Shown piece by piece: positions 1 through 9,856 of a DNA stretch of 64,000 bases (position 1 is its first letter; each line of letters starts with the position of its first letter). The translations under genes and the position numbers were made by a program. The notes beneath the pieces were generated by a model. That model was not told the origin of the DNA, did no database searches, and saw nothing but the letters and a program-made list of their open reading frames with translations. Source of the stretch: an uncultured bacterium (GTDB lineage Bacteria > CSSED10-310 > CAZUFC01); contig CAZUFC010000038.1 of the NCBI GenBank assembly GCA_964619725.1, positions 1 to 64,000 on the forward strand, given 5' to 3'.

Positions 1-2
1 AA

Positions 3-710
3 ATAAAGGGACGTGCGCTTCTTCAGGCTGCGATAATGATGCTGAAGTATATGAAGCAGCATGATTTGCTTGTCAATACGATACATGGGTTGGATAAAAT
101 TGAAAATTTCGTCAACCAGAGAACTCCCGAATCACCCCAGCTCGTCAGACAGGGCTACCTGCCCCAGCGATAAGTATACATCGCTTCGGACATTGACGAA
201 ATAATGTGGAATGTAACAGACTGGAATGAAGACGGCAAAAAGGACATAGCACGGAATGAAAGACCCGGTTTTTTCTATCATCAGAACCTGCAACCCGGCT
301 TGACCTCTCCTCATGAAGTCAGCGGGTTCGCGGTTTAGGACTCTACGGAAACTTCCGTCAGTCTCATCTGGCAGAACACGAACGATTATGATTTCGCCGG
401 AGTCATCATAGCCCGGTCAAATTCTCCTGTTGACCGGCGTCACTCTGACGGACAGCATTACCATGTCGTGCCCGGCATGCTTGCTGCTCCGGGAGTGGAG
501 ATAGTTTATAAAAGTTCAGCCGGCCATGCTTCAGAGCCGTGGATTTATGAAGGTTTAACGCCGGGACAGGATTATTATTGCAGGTCTTTTACTTTCGATA
601 AGGTCCTGCCGGCCTATTCCGTCGACGGAGTGCAGGTCCACGCTGCAACATAGTCCGATACGCCGACTCCGGGCAGTACGCAATCTGCAAAAGGCCGTGA
701 GATAACATAA
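3..710 (+). pseudogene. Decayed surface-protein gene (FG-GAP/VCBS-like motif, FN3-like domain, start of a Pro/Thr linker)
   Basis: Frame +3 reads protein-like through in-frame stops at 171-173 (TAA), 336-338 (TAG) and 651-653 (TAG): VTDWNEDGKKDI, then VSGFAV*DSTETSVSLIWQNTNDYDFAGVIIAR...EGLTPGQDYYCRSF, then *SDTPTP. The 5' part may extend beyond the window. Confidence 0.7.
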
Positions 711-944
711 ATTCAATACGCATTTGTGTTTCCGTAAGAAGAAAAAAAAACCACGATACGCAAATGGGGATTTCACTCAGTCAATTTTTTGGCCGGCTAA
801 AAATATTATCCCTGTTTGAATAATTGATCGCTGATCATATATAATTTAACTGAAAAGAGGATTTCGTTGAAACATCTCTTCGTAAACAATGACGCTGTTT
901 GTAGCTGAGAATGAAATGAATCTCTAAACGAATTAAGAATCGAA

Positions 945-1277
945 ATGAAATTGGCGAAAAATTCAATTATCTCGGAACAGACAATAAAAGGTTACCTGCT
1001 GATTAAACGCAAAAGGAACGATAAATCCAAATGGTTAGCTCAGGCAGGATACTCGATTTCAAATTGGAAGAGGCTTCGAGATGATTTAAGAAATCAAATT
1101 TTACCGATGGATGCAGAACTTATTGATGATGGTGAATTTGGAAAACTGTTCATGATTAAAGGTATTCTTTCTGGACCTCTCGACAAAAAGCTGGAGGTTT
1201 GCAGTGTTTGGATGATCGAAAAGGAAACGGGCAAAACCAAATTCATTACTGTGTATCCAGATAAAAGGAGAAAATAA
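945..1277 (+). CDS. DUF6883-like protein (putative toxin of a TA-like pair)
   Basis: 110-aa basic protein with KGYLL...DKSKWLAQAGYS..NW..L...V.SVWMIE....KFITVYP; TAAATG coupling to the next gene. Confidence 0.7.
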   Translation: MKLAKNSIISEQTIKGYLLIKRKRNDKSKWLAQAGYSISNWKRLRDDLRNQILPMDAELIDDGEFGKLFMIKGILSGPLDKKLEVCSVWMIEKETGKTKFITVYPDKRRK

Positions 1278-1520
1278 ATGAAATATGAGTTATACAGCGA
1301 AATCGTTTTAAGCAGGGACATTCCGGAAAAAAAATTGAAAAAAGGCGACGTGGCGACGATTGTCGAACACCATCCCCGATCGAAAGGAGAAGATGGATAC
1401 TCCCTTGAAGTATTTAATGCTCTTGGGGAAACCATAGCAGTCATCACAGCGCCGGAATCGGCAATAAAACCTCTAACCGAGAATGAAATTTTCAGCGTAC
1501 GTGATTTTGTCTCTGTCTAA
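1278..1520 (+). CDS. DUF4926-like protein (putative partner/antitoxin)
   Basis: 80 aa, V.L.RDIPE..LKKGDVATIVE...GYSLEVFNALGETIAV pattern. Confidence 0.75.
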   Translation: MKYELYSEIVLSRDIPEKKLKKGDVATIVEHHPRSKGEDGYSLEVFNALGETIAVITAPESAIKPLTENEIFSVRDFVSV

Positions 1521-1525
1521 ATTTA

Positions 1526-1808
1526 GGCAATGATCAAAATATCCTGAGTTTTGTAAGAGTTCGATGCGAATTTGTCCCGATAAGGTCGAAATTCGGCTGG
1601 ACTTATCATTGAATGCTGGTTTTGAAATATTAAATCACGGATATAGAAGGATAAAACGCGAAAAAGAAGACCAGGAAATATGAAATGCACTATAAAACAT
1701 CATCCCGCAACCGTTGAGGTTCATAAAATTTTCGATTGACAGAGATTCACCCGTGTTTTAACCGCAGTAATCCACGGTAAAAACTGATACCCCGGTTTGA
1801 TCAGTCCC
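1526..1808. mobile_element. MITE-like element copy A (family ends, distinct ~250-bp interior)
   Basis: Left end GGCAATGATCAAAA (1526) and right end TTTGATCAGTCCC (1796-1808) match the ends of the copy at 56148-56301. Confidence 0.55.
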
Positions 1809-1914
1809 AAAAAATCAGTAGACGAGGGATGCCGTGCAAGGGGCAGAGCCCTTCGCAAATGACCGGATTTCCTGGGTCAGCCATCCTGTATCAACGCGGG
1901 AAACCAACTGCCTG

Positions 1915-1943
1915 TTGACACAACAGACCGCTTTTCTTAGATT
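1915..1943 (+). promoter_or_regulatory. sigma-70-type promoter candidate for the 2009 ORF
   Basis: TTGACA-N17-TAGATT. Confidence 0.5.
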
Positions 1944-2008
1944 ATGGCCAGAAGATGCCTGTATCTTCTGTGATCATGAAGGCTGAATCAAGGCGGCGAT
2001 AGAGTAAT

Positions 2009-3364
2009 ATGGACAAACCGGAGAGCAGAAAACAATTTTATGAGGAGATTGAAGTTCACAACAAAGGCCGCCAGGTGAATCAGTCAGACGAATTCAACTA
2101 CAGCGACCGTTCTCATCAGCCTCTGAGGATGAAAAAATGGCCTCGCTTCCTGGAATACGTAAAACATATGGACGATCATATCCGTATGACCGGCATTGGG
2201 CTGAGGGCTTTACCCGGTATGATCAAAGCAAACAGGAATCTTAAATCGCGACTTTTTCAACCGATCCGCTTTCCGAAAGGTTTCGGGCTGTCTACCGACA
2301 ATGATCCCGCGTTGCTCGAAAGAGTCCTGCAGGAAATAATTGATTTAAAAGCCCAGAACGTTCTGATCAGAATTCCGGTCTGGAGACTGGGGCGGTTAAG
2401 GCATTCCCGGCGATTTCTGGAAGAGGTTAAGGATAACGGCATAAACGTCATGGCAGCCGTTATACAGGACAGATATGTTGTAAAAGATACATCAATATGG
2501 AAGAAGGATTTGGAGGTTGTTTTCAAGGAATTATCGCCGGTGGCCGGCGATTTTGAAATCGGTCATGCCTGGAACCGCATCAAGTGGGGCGTACACTCGC
2601 TGGATCAGTATCTGACATTGCTGGAGGCTGCAGAAGACGTTCGTGCGGGCGATAAAAGCATCCGTTTCGTCGGCCCCGCGGTTATCGATTTTGAATATCA
2701 TTATACTCTGGGCGCCCTTTTTCATAAAAAAAGAACGCCTGATTTCAGCGCGGTCAGCGCGCTGTTGTATGTGGATCGCCGGGGGGCTCCGGAAAACAGA
2801 CAGTCCGGATTCGACCTTGTGGGCAAACTGAAGTTGCTGCGTGCGATCGTCGATGCCGGCCGTTCTCCCGACATGCCGGTATGGATCACGGAAACGAACT
2901 GGCCGCTGGCCGTCAGAGGCGGGTATTCTCCAACTTCGGTAAAAGAAGGAATATCTGAAGAACTGTATGCCGACTATATGGTGCGTTATTATCTGAATGC
3001 TCTGGCATCGGGAATGACGCAGAGAGTCTACTGGTGGCAGGTGGCGGCCCGTGGATACGGAATAATCGACAATCCGAATGGACAGTGGAGAAGAAGACCG
3101 TCCTGGAAGGCTTTCAGAACCATGTCGACTTTGCTGCATGATTGTTCTTTCATTAAGGCGACCATAGAACCTGAATATCGAAAATTTGAATTCAGAACCG
3201 TTGACGACAGGCATATTACGGCAGCCTGGAGCATTAAGGGCGAGTATCCGTTAACTCTTGGCGGAAAAGTAAAAGCAGTTATTTCAAGGGATGGGGAAGA
3301 ACTGCCCGTACCCGATGATCAAAAAATAGAATTAAATTCATCGCCGGTTTATATCTTATATTAA
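2009..3364 (+). CDS. Glycoside hydrolase-like protein (clan GH-A-like TIM barrel)
   Basis: PVWITETNW nucleophile-like motif, RVYWWQ, RRPSWKAF; the canonical NE acid/base motif is not evident (FEIGHAWN). Confidence 0.6.
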   Translation: MDKPESRKQFYEEIEVHNKGRQVNQSDEFNYSDRSHQPLRMKKWPRFLEYVKHMDDHIRMTGIGLRALPGMIKANRNLKSRLFQPIRFPKGFGLSTDNDPALLERVLQEIIDLKAQNVLIRIPVWRLGRLRHSRRFLEEVKDNGINVMAAVIQDRYVVKDTSIWKKDLEVVFKELSPVAGDFEIGHAWNRIKWGVHSLDQYLTLLEAAEDVRAGDKSIRFVGPAVIDFEYHYTLGALFHKKRTPDFSAVSALLYVDRRGAPENRQSGFDLVGKLKLLRAIVDAGRSPDMPVWITETNWPLAVRGGYSPTSVKEGISEELYADYMVRYYLNALASGMTQRVYWWQVAARGYGIIDNPNGQWRRRPSWKAFRTMSTLLHDCSFIKATIEPEYRKFEFRTVDDRHITAAWSIKGEYPLTLGGKVKAVISRDGEELPVPDDQKIELNSSPVYILY

Positions 3365-3427
3365 TGCGGGATGCCGGCTACTGAACGGCAGACGGCGGAT
3401 ACCATGCAGATGGATTCTCCATTTCCT

Positions 3428-3481
3428 CCGTCCGCTCCATCCGCCAGGTCCGCTCTGTCCGCCGTGTCCGCTCCGTCCGCT
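3428..3481. repeat. Six tandem 9-bp units (nnRTCCGCY) between convergent genes
   Basis: ccgtccgct ccatccgcc aggtccgct ctgtccgcc gtgtccgct ccgtccgct. Confidence 0.75.
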
Positions 3482-3562
3482 TCCGCCTGTTAACCCTGAA
3501 TGTGAAATGAAAAAGGAACGCTCCTAATTCAGTTCACAACCGGGTATAGGATGCGCGTCAAA

Positions 3563-5677
3563 TCACGGTAAAACTGCATATTCCCGTTTATTTATGTAAA
3601 GCAGGTATTTGGCCATTTCGTGATAGCCTTCGGCCAGCCGTATCATGCGCCGGGTCCGTTCGGGATAAATCGATTTAACGTCGTTTTCCTGGTCCTCGAC
3701 GCTTAGTTTATGGAGGGACGGTGTACCGCCGGGGCTGAGTATTGCATAGAAGTGATCTTCGATCAGGCCGATGCTGGGCGGTCTGTCGAAGGGTGTAAAG
3801 GCAAAAGCGCAGTGGGGCATTTCGTTATCCGGGTTGAAGACATCCCGGCCCAGCGTGGTATTGATGTAAGGTTTACCCATGAAAGAGGCGAGAGTGGGCA
3901 TCAGGTCCAGTTCGCTCATGATCAGTTCTATTTTCTGGGGTTCGACATAACCGGGGGAATAAAACAGGAGGGGCACGTGAATGGATGCGAAGGCAAGCCC
4001 TCCGAAACGTCTGTCGCGTGAGCCGCCGCGGGTGCCGTGATCGCCGAGGATAACGAAAAGTGTACGGTCGAAATAGGGTTCTTGTTCGGCAAGTTTGAAG
4101 AAATATCCCAGGCTGTGGTCCAGGAACCTGAAACCGTTGACCTCTTCCAGTGAATAGAAACCGGCCGGTTTATAGTCTTCTTCCGGAATATCGACGGTTT
4201 CGAAGTTTCTGGCGTTATGCGGAATTTCAAACGGGCGGTGATTCCCCGCTGTCATGATTATGGCGGCGAAAGGACCCTCCTTCTTCTTTAACACTTCATT
4301 AGCTTCTATGAAGAGGTCTTCATCGGATATTCCCCATACGTCGTGCACAGGGGAATCATAGGAACCTTCTTCATAAATGGTCAAATCTTCCACATTATGC
4401 GCCAGCATGCCCCGGATATTTCCCCAGTTGGCGCTTCCGCCCAGAAAATACATTTTTTCGTATCCTTCGAAGGCGTTCAGTATAGTATGCTGATTGACCA
4501 CGAGCGGATTCCGGGATGAAGTGCTTTTCGTGCTCACGTCCGGTATGCCGAATAAGGCTGCGAAAAGCGAGCGGGAAGTGTTTTCCATGGGGACGTAGAA
4601 CCTTTTGAAGAGCATGCCGTTTTCCGCTAATGAATCGAAATGAGGACTGCTGTCCATTTCATTACCCATGATGCCCACTTTGAAAGCTGCAAAGGTTTCG
4701 AGAAATATAATCACCAGGTTGAAATCTTCCGGAATCTGGGGACGAGGGTTACCCCGCCTTTTGAGCGTATAGTTTTCCATATCCGTGATCGCTCCGAAAT
4801 GCTCCGCCATTACCGGATAAACCTCTTTGACCTTATCCGGATCGAAATCGCGAGCCTTTATTTTACTCGTATCCCAGTAAAACAGAACAGGATTCAATGA
4901 AAACTGGCACAGGAAAGAATCCTTGTGAACGAATGCATCGCTCCAGCGTAACGGATAACGCTGAAATTTTCCGTAAACAACTCCGATAAGCAGGAATCCG
5001 AAAAGGATATAAATCAGGCTTCGCTTCCACCGGTTCATCGCCGTGGCTGCAGCCGGATTCAGGAGTTTTTCCCCCAGCTTCTTCAATATGAAAAAATAGC
5101 CGGTTAAAGTCGCAACGAAAAGTAATATGAGAAGCGGCCAGGGATATGTGGATAATATCATCTTGAAAGATATTTCAGGATTCTCCGTAAACATCAGCAG
5201 GGAAGGGTTAATGCGGGTTTTAATGTATTTGAACATCCCGAAATCGAAATAATAAAACAGGTTTACTGCGCCCTGAGCGATGATGAAGTAGGCGAACCAG
5301 GCTATTCGGCCGAGTCGGTATTTAACAGGATTTAATCCGTAAATCCACGAGAGAAAAAGAAACGGCAGGCAAATTAATGCGGCCAGTCGCGCATCGAATT
5401 TTACGCCGAGATAAAGCGCCCATAGGAATGATTTTGATGACAGCGTGAGATCGTGAGGTTTAAAATTCAGAATAAAAATTAACCGAAAAAGCAGGAATAA
5501 AAGCAGATTGACGGAAAAAACGGAAATGATGAATTTTATTCTGCCCGGGATAATTCTCAATGTTTTCATCAATAATGGACTCCCCATTGAAATCGTAAGA
5601 TAGAGCGTATAACCGGCGGGTCGCCACGGACCGTTGACTGGATTCTCTAACCAGCAGCCGCAAAAACTCCAGCTCAC
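3563..5677 (-). CDS. LTA synthase / phosphoglycerol transferase (sulfatase-like) family membrane protein
   Basis: About 5 N-terminal TM helices, then IFLETF, NTSRSL (catalytic Thr), GNHRPF and GDHG motifs; real start probably ATG at 5569. Confidence 0.85.
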   Translation of the reverse strand: MSWSFCGCWLENPVNGPWRPAGYTLYLTISMGSPLLMKTLRIIPGRIKFIISVFSVNLLLFLLFRLIFILNFKPHDLTLSSKSFLWALYLGVKFDARLAALICLPFLFLSWIYGLNPVKYRLGRIAWFAYFIIAQGAVNLFYYFDFGMFKYIKTRINPSLLMFTENPEISFKMILSTYPWPLLILLFVATLTGYFFILKKLGEKLLNPAAATAMNRWKRSLIYILFGFLLIGVVYGKFQRYPLRWSDAFVHKDSFLCQFSLNPVLFYWDTSKIKARDFDPDKVKEVYPVMAEHFGAITDMENYTLKRRGNPRPQIPEDFNLVIIFLETFAAFKVGIMGNEMDSSPHFDSLAENGMLFKRFYVPMENTSRSLFAALFGIPDVSTKSTSSRNPLVVNQHTILNAFEGYEKMYFLGGSANWGNIRGMLAHNVEDLTIYEEGSYDSPVHDVWGISDEDLFIEANEVLKKKEGPFAAIIMTAGNHRPFEIPHNARNFETVDIPEEDYKPAGFYSLEEVNGFRFLDHSLGYFFKLAEQEPYFDRTLFVILGDHGTRGGSRDRRFGGLAFASIHVPLLFYSPGYVEPQKIELIMSELDLMPTLASFMGKPYINTTLGRDVFNPDNEMPHCAFAFTPFDRPPSIGLIEDHFYAILSPGGTPSLHKLSVEDQENDVKSIYPERTRRMIRLAEGYHEMAKYLLYINKREYAVLP

Positions 5678-6023
5678 GTCATGTCAATATTCAGCCGAAG
5701 CCGACGAGAAAGACTATCAACAACGAAACTAGACGTCAAATCCGCTGTCTGCTGTTTCATTCGACCGTCGAGAACTCTGAGGGCCAGTCCGCCGCGGCAT
5801 GCCGGGTTAAAATCACTTTGTCAAGAGGCGCTCTCTGTGCCGGTCGTTTTAATTGACAATTGCATAAGAATAAACTTAATTTAGTAAGGGGAGCGAAAAG
5901 CAGGAGCAGTATTTTCATTCTCTAGTAGGTTCCAGAAGGACTATCCTGCTGAGCTTCAAAAGGCGTGAGTAAGGACGCGTCAATCCGTAGGGAAGTTTTG
6001 GATTAATATTTCCCGGATTTAAT

Positions 6024-7118
6024 ATGAATAAAGCGGGGATGCGGAGGAAAATGAAACGAACAGCAGATTTTTTATTCCTGGGGATTTTTTGTATTGTATC
6101 CGTAATTATGACGTCATGCGGCGGAGAAAAGGAGATGAAGGAGGGAGAATTGTTGAGGACGAAGGTATACGGCGGATTTCTGGAGGGGAATTTGCTGGGG
6201 GATTCGCCTGAGCGGGAGGTTTTGATATATTTGCCGCCGGGTTATGATGAAAGCAGGGATGAGCGATATCCCTCGTTGTATCTTCTTCATGGATATGGAG
6301 TTTCCTGCGATGCGTGGCTGGAGAGTGATTTCACTAAGGGATTCAGCGTGAAGGAATCGATGGACAGGCTGATCCGTCATGGAGATGTTGAAGAGATGAT
6401 CGTAGTCATGCCTGACTGCAGAAACCGTTTCGGCGGCTGCTGGCACACGGATTCGCCGGTGACTGGAAACTGGGAGAAGTTTATAACCGAAGATTTGACG
6501 GCCTATGTGGACGCGAATTACCGTACTGTTCCGGATGCCCGGGCGCGTGGAATCGCAGGGCATTCCATGGGGGCTTACGGGGCTTTAAAAAGTGCGATGA
6601 AAAGAGCGGACATGTTCCGTTCGGTTTATGCGATGAGCGCTTCCAATCTGACGCAGGACAAACTCGCCGTGAAACGATTTCTCCATGTTATGGAGCAGGT
6701 TGATGAAGCTGATGAATTTGATGAATTGAAACTGATATCGAAATTAATCATATCCAAATCAGCCGCTTTCGCGCCGGACCCCGATAATCCGCCATTCTAT
6801 TTCGAGCCGTTGTATGAAATGACCGGCGACGAGGTTCAATTCAATGAGGAGGTTTGGGAGAAGTGGCAAAGCGCTTTTCTGGCAAACAACATTGAACGTT
6901 ACAAAGAGAATATGATGCAGTTGAAAATGGTCGTTGACTGCGGAACTGCGGACCCGCTTTTCCAGCAGAATGCGGAATTTTCTGAAGCTTTGCGGCGGGC
7001 CGGCATCGATTGCCGGTTCAATCAGCATGAAGGTAATCACATCAACAGGATTAAAGATATCTTTGAAACGAGTCTTTTGCCGTTTTTCTCTGGGATTTTT
7101 CGGGGAGATGCGCGGTAA
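6024..7118 (+). CDS. Putative lipoprotein esterase (alpha/beta hydrolase)
   Basis: Lipobox-like MTSC; YLPPGY...YPSLYLLHG; GHSMG nucleophile elbow; CGTAD and GNH triad candidates. Confidence 0.85.
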   Translation: MNKAGMRRKMKRTADFLFLGIFCIVSVIMTSCGGEKEMKEGELLRTKVYGGFLEGNLLGDSPEREVLIYLPPGYDESRDERYPSLYLLHGYGVSCDAWLESDFTKGFSVKESMDRLIRHGDVEEMIVVMPDCRNRFGGCWHTDSPVTGNWEKFITEDLTAYVDANYRTVPDARARGIAGHSMGAYGALKSAMKRADMFRSVYAMSASNLTQDKLAVKRFLHVMEQVDEADEFDELKLISKLIISKSAAFAPDPDNPPFYFEPLYEMTGDEVQFNEEVWEKWQSAFLANNIERYKENMMQLKMVVDCGTADPLFQQNAEFSEALRRAGIDCRFNQHEGNHINRIKDIFETSLLPFFSGIFRGDAR

Positions 7119-7121
7119 CGC

Positions 7122-8630
7122 ATGTGTTGTGAGCGCAATGGAACGTCAGAAATGAAAAGAACTCGAATCGTGAGTGGAATGATATTTGTGGTTGGGATCG
7201 TTACGGCGATTTGGCTGGCGGAGTGTGCAATCATGGCGGAGAGCATCAGCCTGGAGGAAGCGGTTCAGACTGCATTGTTGAGGAATCCGGAAATAACGGA
7301 AGCCCGTCGCAATGCGGAAGCGGCTTTCTGGCAGTCGGAAGAAACCAAAGGGGCGTTGGCTCCAAAGATAACCTATGAGTATACCGTTACGCGTTTGGAT
7401 TCGGAATCATTCGATCGTATGAACCTGGGCGAGCAATTCGAAGATTCTCCTGTTCCTATTGATTCCGAAGCTTTCGGAGAATATTATAATCCCTCAGCGT
7501 CTCATCATATCAGCGCATTGGTTCCGTTGTTCAACGGCGGTCAATTATGGAATTCCTACTTTTTAGCCAGGGCTTCAGCCGGGTTGTCCGACAGATTGCT
7601 GGACGACACGGAACAACGGATTGCTTTTCAGGTGAAACAATCCTACATGGATGTTTTGAGGACCGAGAAGCTGCAGGAATTGGCCGAATCGATACTGGAA
7701 GCGGGCCGAGGACATTTGGAAATGACGATATCGATGCTGCGGCAGGGAACGAGAACGAGGTCTGACAAGCTTCGCTGGGAGGCTTACGTAGTTCAGCGTG
7801 AAGCAGAGCTGGAATCGGCCAGACATGCGGTAACATTGGCGCATTCGACTTTTAATCATCTGCTGGGAACAGGCGCCGTGAATTACAAGCCTGTTCCAAT
7901 TGCACTGAAATCGTATGATCCCGAAATAGCTGAAATGGCTCAAGTCAGGACAGAAAAAATTCTGGAGATACAAGGAATGCTGTACCAGGAGGCTTTGAAC
8001 AAGAATGCGCTGGTTTCCGCGAGCCGTAGCCGTCTTTTGATGGCGGAAAAGGAAAAATCGATCGTACGCGGCGATTTTCTGCCGTCCGTTAATTTTGCCG
8101 CGGATTACGGCTACAGGGCTGACGGTTCCGCTTTTCCGGTGGAGGATACTGAATGGAGCATCGCCTTGAATGCTCGTATTTCAATGTTTGAGGGCTTGTC
8201 CAACCGGGCGGCGGTGAGGAAAGCTAAAGCAAAAAAAGAAGCTGTGGAGGCGAGTCTTGAACAGGTGAAACGAGAGCTTCGCGTGCAGATCGAGAAAGCA
8301 TTATCTGATGTTCTCTCGGCAGCCCGATTCGTTTTGGCGGCCAACAGGGCTTCGGAACGCGCCGAGGAAAGTTTACGCGTCGCTCAGGGTCTCTTCAAAA
8401 ATGAACTGATGTCGGTAACTGATTTAACCGATGTAGAAGTATCAGCCGAAACAGCGAGCATTGAACAGATAAACGCTTATTATCATTACTTGACGGCCAG
8501 GGCTGCCCTGGCTTATGCCGTGGGCGAACCGGAAGAAAATGATCTGTTCGTCAGAATATTAACCGAAACAATACGAAGTTCCCCGGACTCTGAAAATGAC
8601 CCTGAAAGAAATGGGCAGGCAATGGAATGA
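7122..8630 (+). CDS. TolC-family outer membrane efflux protein
   Basis: Signal peptide (start probably 7152), ISLEEAVQTALLRNP, PLFNGG, FLPSVNF two-repeat OEP pattern. Confidence 0.9.
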   Translation: MCCERNGTSEMKRTRIVSGMIFVVGIVTAIWLAECAIMAESISLEEAVQTALLRNPEITEARRNAEAAFWQSEETKGALAPKITYEYTVTRLDSESFDRMNLGEQFEDSPVPIDSEAFGEYYNPSASHHISALVPLFNGGQLWNSYFLARASAGLSDRLLDDTEQRIAFQVKQSYMDVLRTEKLQELAESILEAGRGHLEMTISMLRQGTRTRSDKLRWEAYVVQREAELESARHAVTLAHSTFNHLLGTGAVNYKPVPIALKSYDPEIAEMAQVRTEKILEIQGMLYQEALNKNALVSASRSRLLMAEKEKSIVRGDFLPSVNFAADYGYRADGSAFPVEDTEWSIALNARISMFEGLSNRAAVRKAKAKKEAVEASLEQVKRELRVQIEKALSDVLSAARFVLAANRASERAEESLRVAQGLFKNELMSVTDLTDVEVSAETASIEQINAYYHYLTARAALAYAVGEPEENDLFVRILTETIRSSPDSENDPERNGQAME

Positions 8631-8731
8631 AAATTTTAATTTAAAAAAAATGGAGGAGCGAACGGCGGCGCTGAAATCACGTATGACGCTGCTTTGCAAT
8701 CGAAGGTCAGCAGATATTCGGAGAAAATGAA

Positions 8732-9856
8732 ATGCATAAGTCAATAGTGAGTAAGAGTAAAGAGAATAGAGGCTTGACGACGATTATTATTTTTTTGAGT
8801 TTAATGGTAAGTTGCGCTCCCGTTAAGGAGGAGACGGCGGCGCAAAATGATGAAGAACAAAAAGGTATTTCAGTCAGTATTGTTGAAGCGAGGCCGGAGG
8901 ATTTAACGTTAAGTTTTGAAGCGACGGGTACGGTACAAGCTCAGAATGACGTAACTGTGGTATCCGAGACAGCCGGACGTCTGATAGAAGTAAATTTTGA
9001 GCTGGGGGATTATGTTGAAAAGGACCAGGTGCTGGCGATCACGGACGATGAGATGAATGCGTTGGCGGTCGAGCAGGCTCGGGCGTCGGTCCTTCAGGCG
9101 GAAGCGGCTCATGAACAGGCTTTAAGAAATTTGGAGCGGTATGAAGCGTTATACCAGGAGCAGGACATAACGAAATCGCAACTGGAAGAGATACGGCTGG
9201 CTGAAAAAACATCCGCAGCAGGATTAGCGGCATCCCGGGCGCAACTTAAGCAAGCGCAGAGAATTCTAAGAAATACAAGGATAAAAGCGCCGATTTCGGG
9301 TTATATTACCAATAAAATGATCAACAGGGGACAGACTATCGCGCAGGGTTCGCCTGCAGCTCAAATAACCGATAATGAAATTCTGAAAGTGAGGATCGGG
9401 GTATCAGAAGAAGAAGTCGACCACTTAAAAGCAGGTCAGGAGGTTGAAATCATCTCAACATTGAACGAAGAGCGACGCACTGTCGGAACCATCTCCGGCA
9501 TCGGCGTTAAAGCCCTTGAACCCACACGGACTTTTCCTGTGGAAGTGCGATTCGCCGGCAAGGAGAGCGGGATCAGGCCGGGCATGATCGTCCGGGTTAA
9601 AGGCGCTGCCCGAACCTTGGAAAATGTCGTTACAGTTCACGTTGATGATCTTTTTTCTTCTTTCGGTCAGGATAACCTGTGGCTGCTTGAAGAAGGAAAA
9701 GCCGTAATCCGGCGCGTGCAGACTGGACGCCGGGCGGATGAGAAAGTCATTATAGAGTCCGGATTGAAACCGGGCGATAAGGTTATCGTATCAGGAGCGG
9801 AAAACCTGGAAGATGGAATGGAAAACTTGATCGTAACTGAAGAATCGCCCGATTGA
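8732..9856 (+). CDS. RND efflux periplasmic adaptor (MFP)
   Basis: Lipobox-like MVSC, GDYVEKDQVL, IKAPISG, IRPGM, GLKPGDKVIVSG. Confidence 0.9.
   Translation: MHKSIVSKSKENRGLTTIIIFLSLMVSCAPVKEETAAQNDEEQKGISVSIVEARPEDLTLSFEATGTVQAQNDVTVVSETAGRLIEVNFELGDYVEKDQVLAITDDEMNALAVEQARASVLQAEAAHEQALRNLERYEALYQEQDITKSQLEEIRLAEKTSAAGLAASRAQLKQAQRILRNTRIKAPISGYITNKMINRGQTIAQGSPAAQITDNEILKVRIGVSEEEVDHLKAGQEVEIISTLNEERRTVGTISGIGVKALEPTRTFPVEVRFAGKESGIRPGMIVRVKGAARTLENVVTVHVDDLFSSFGQDNLWLLEEGKAVIRRVQTGRRADEKVIIESGLKPGDKVIVSGAENLEDGMENLIVTEESPD

Noticed and set aside
3-710. Stop-codon reassignment or pyrrolysine readthrough
   Set aside because: The stops include TAA, and TAG/TGA terminate conserved genes normally in this window
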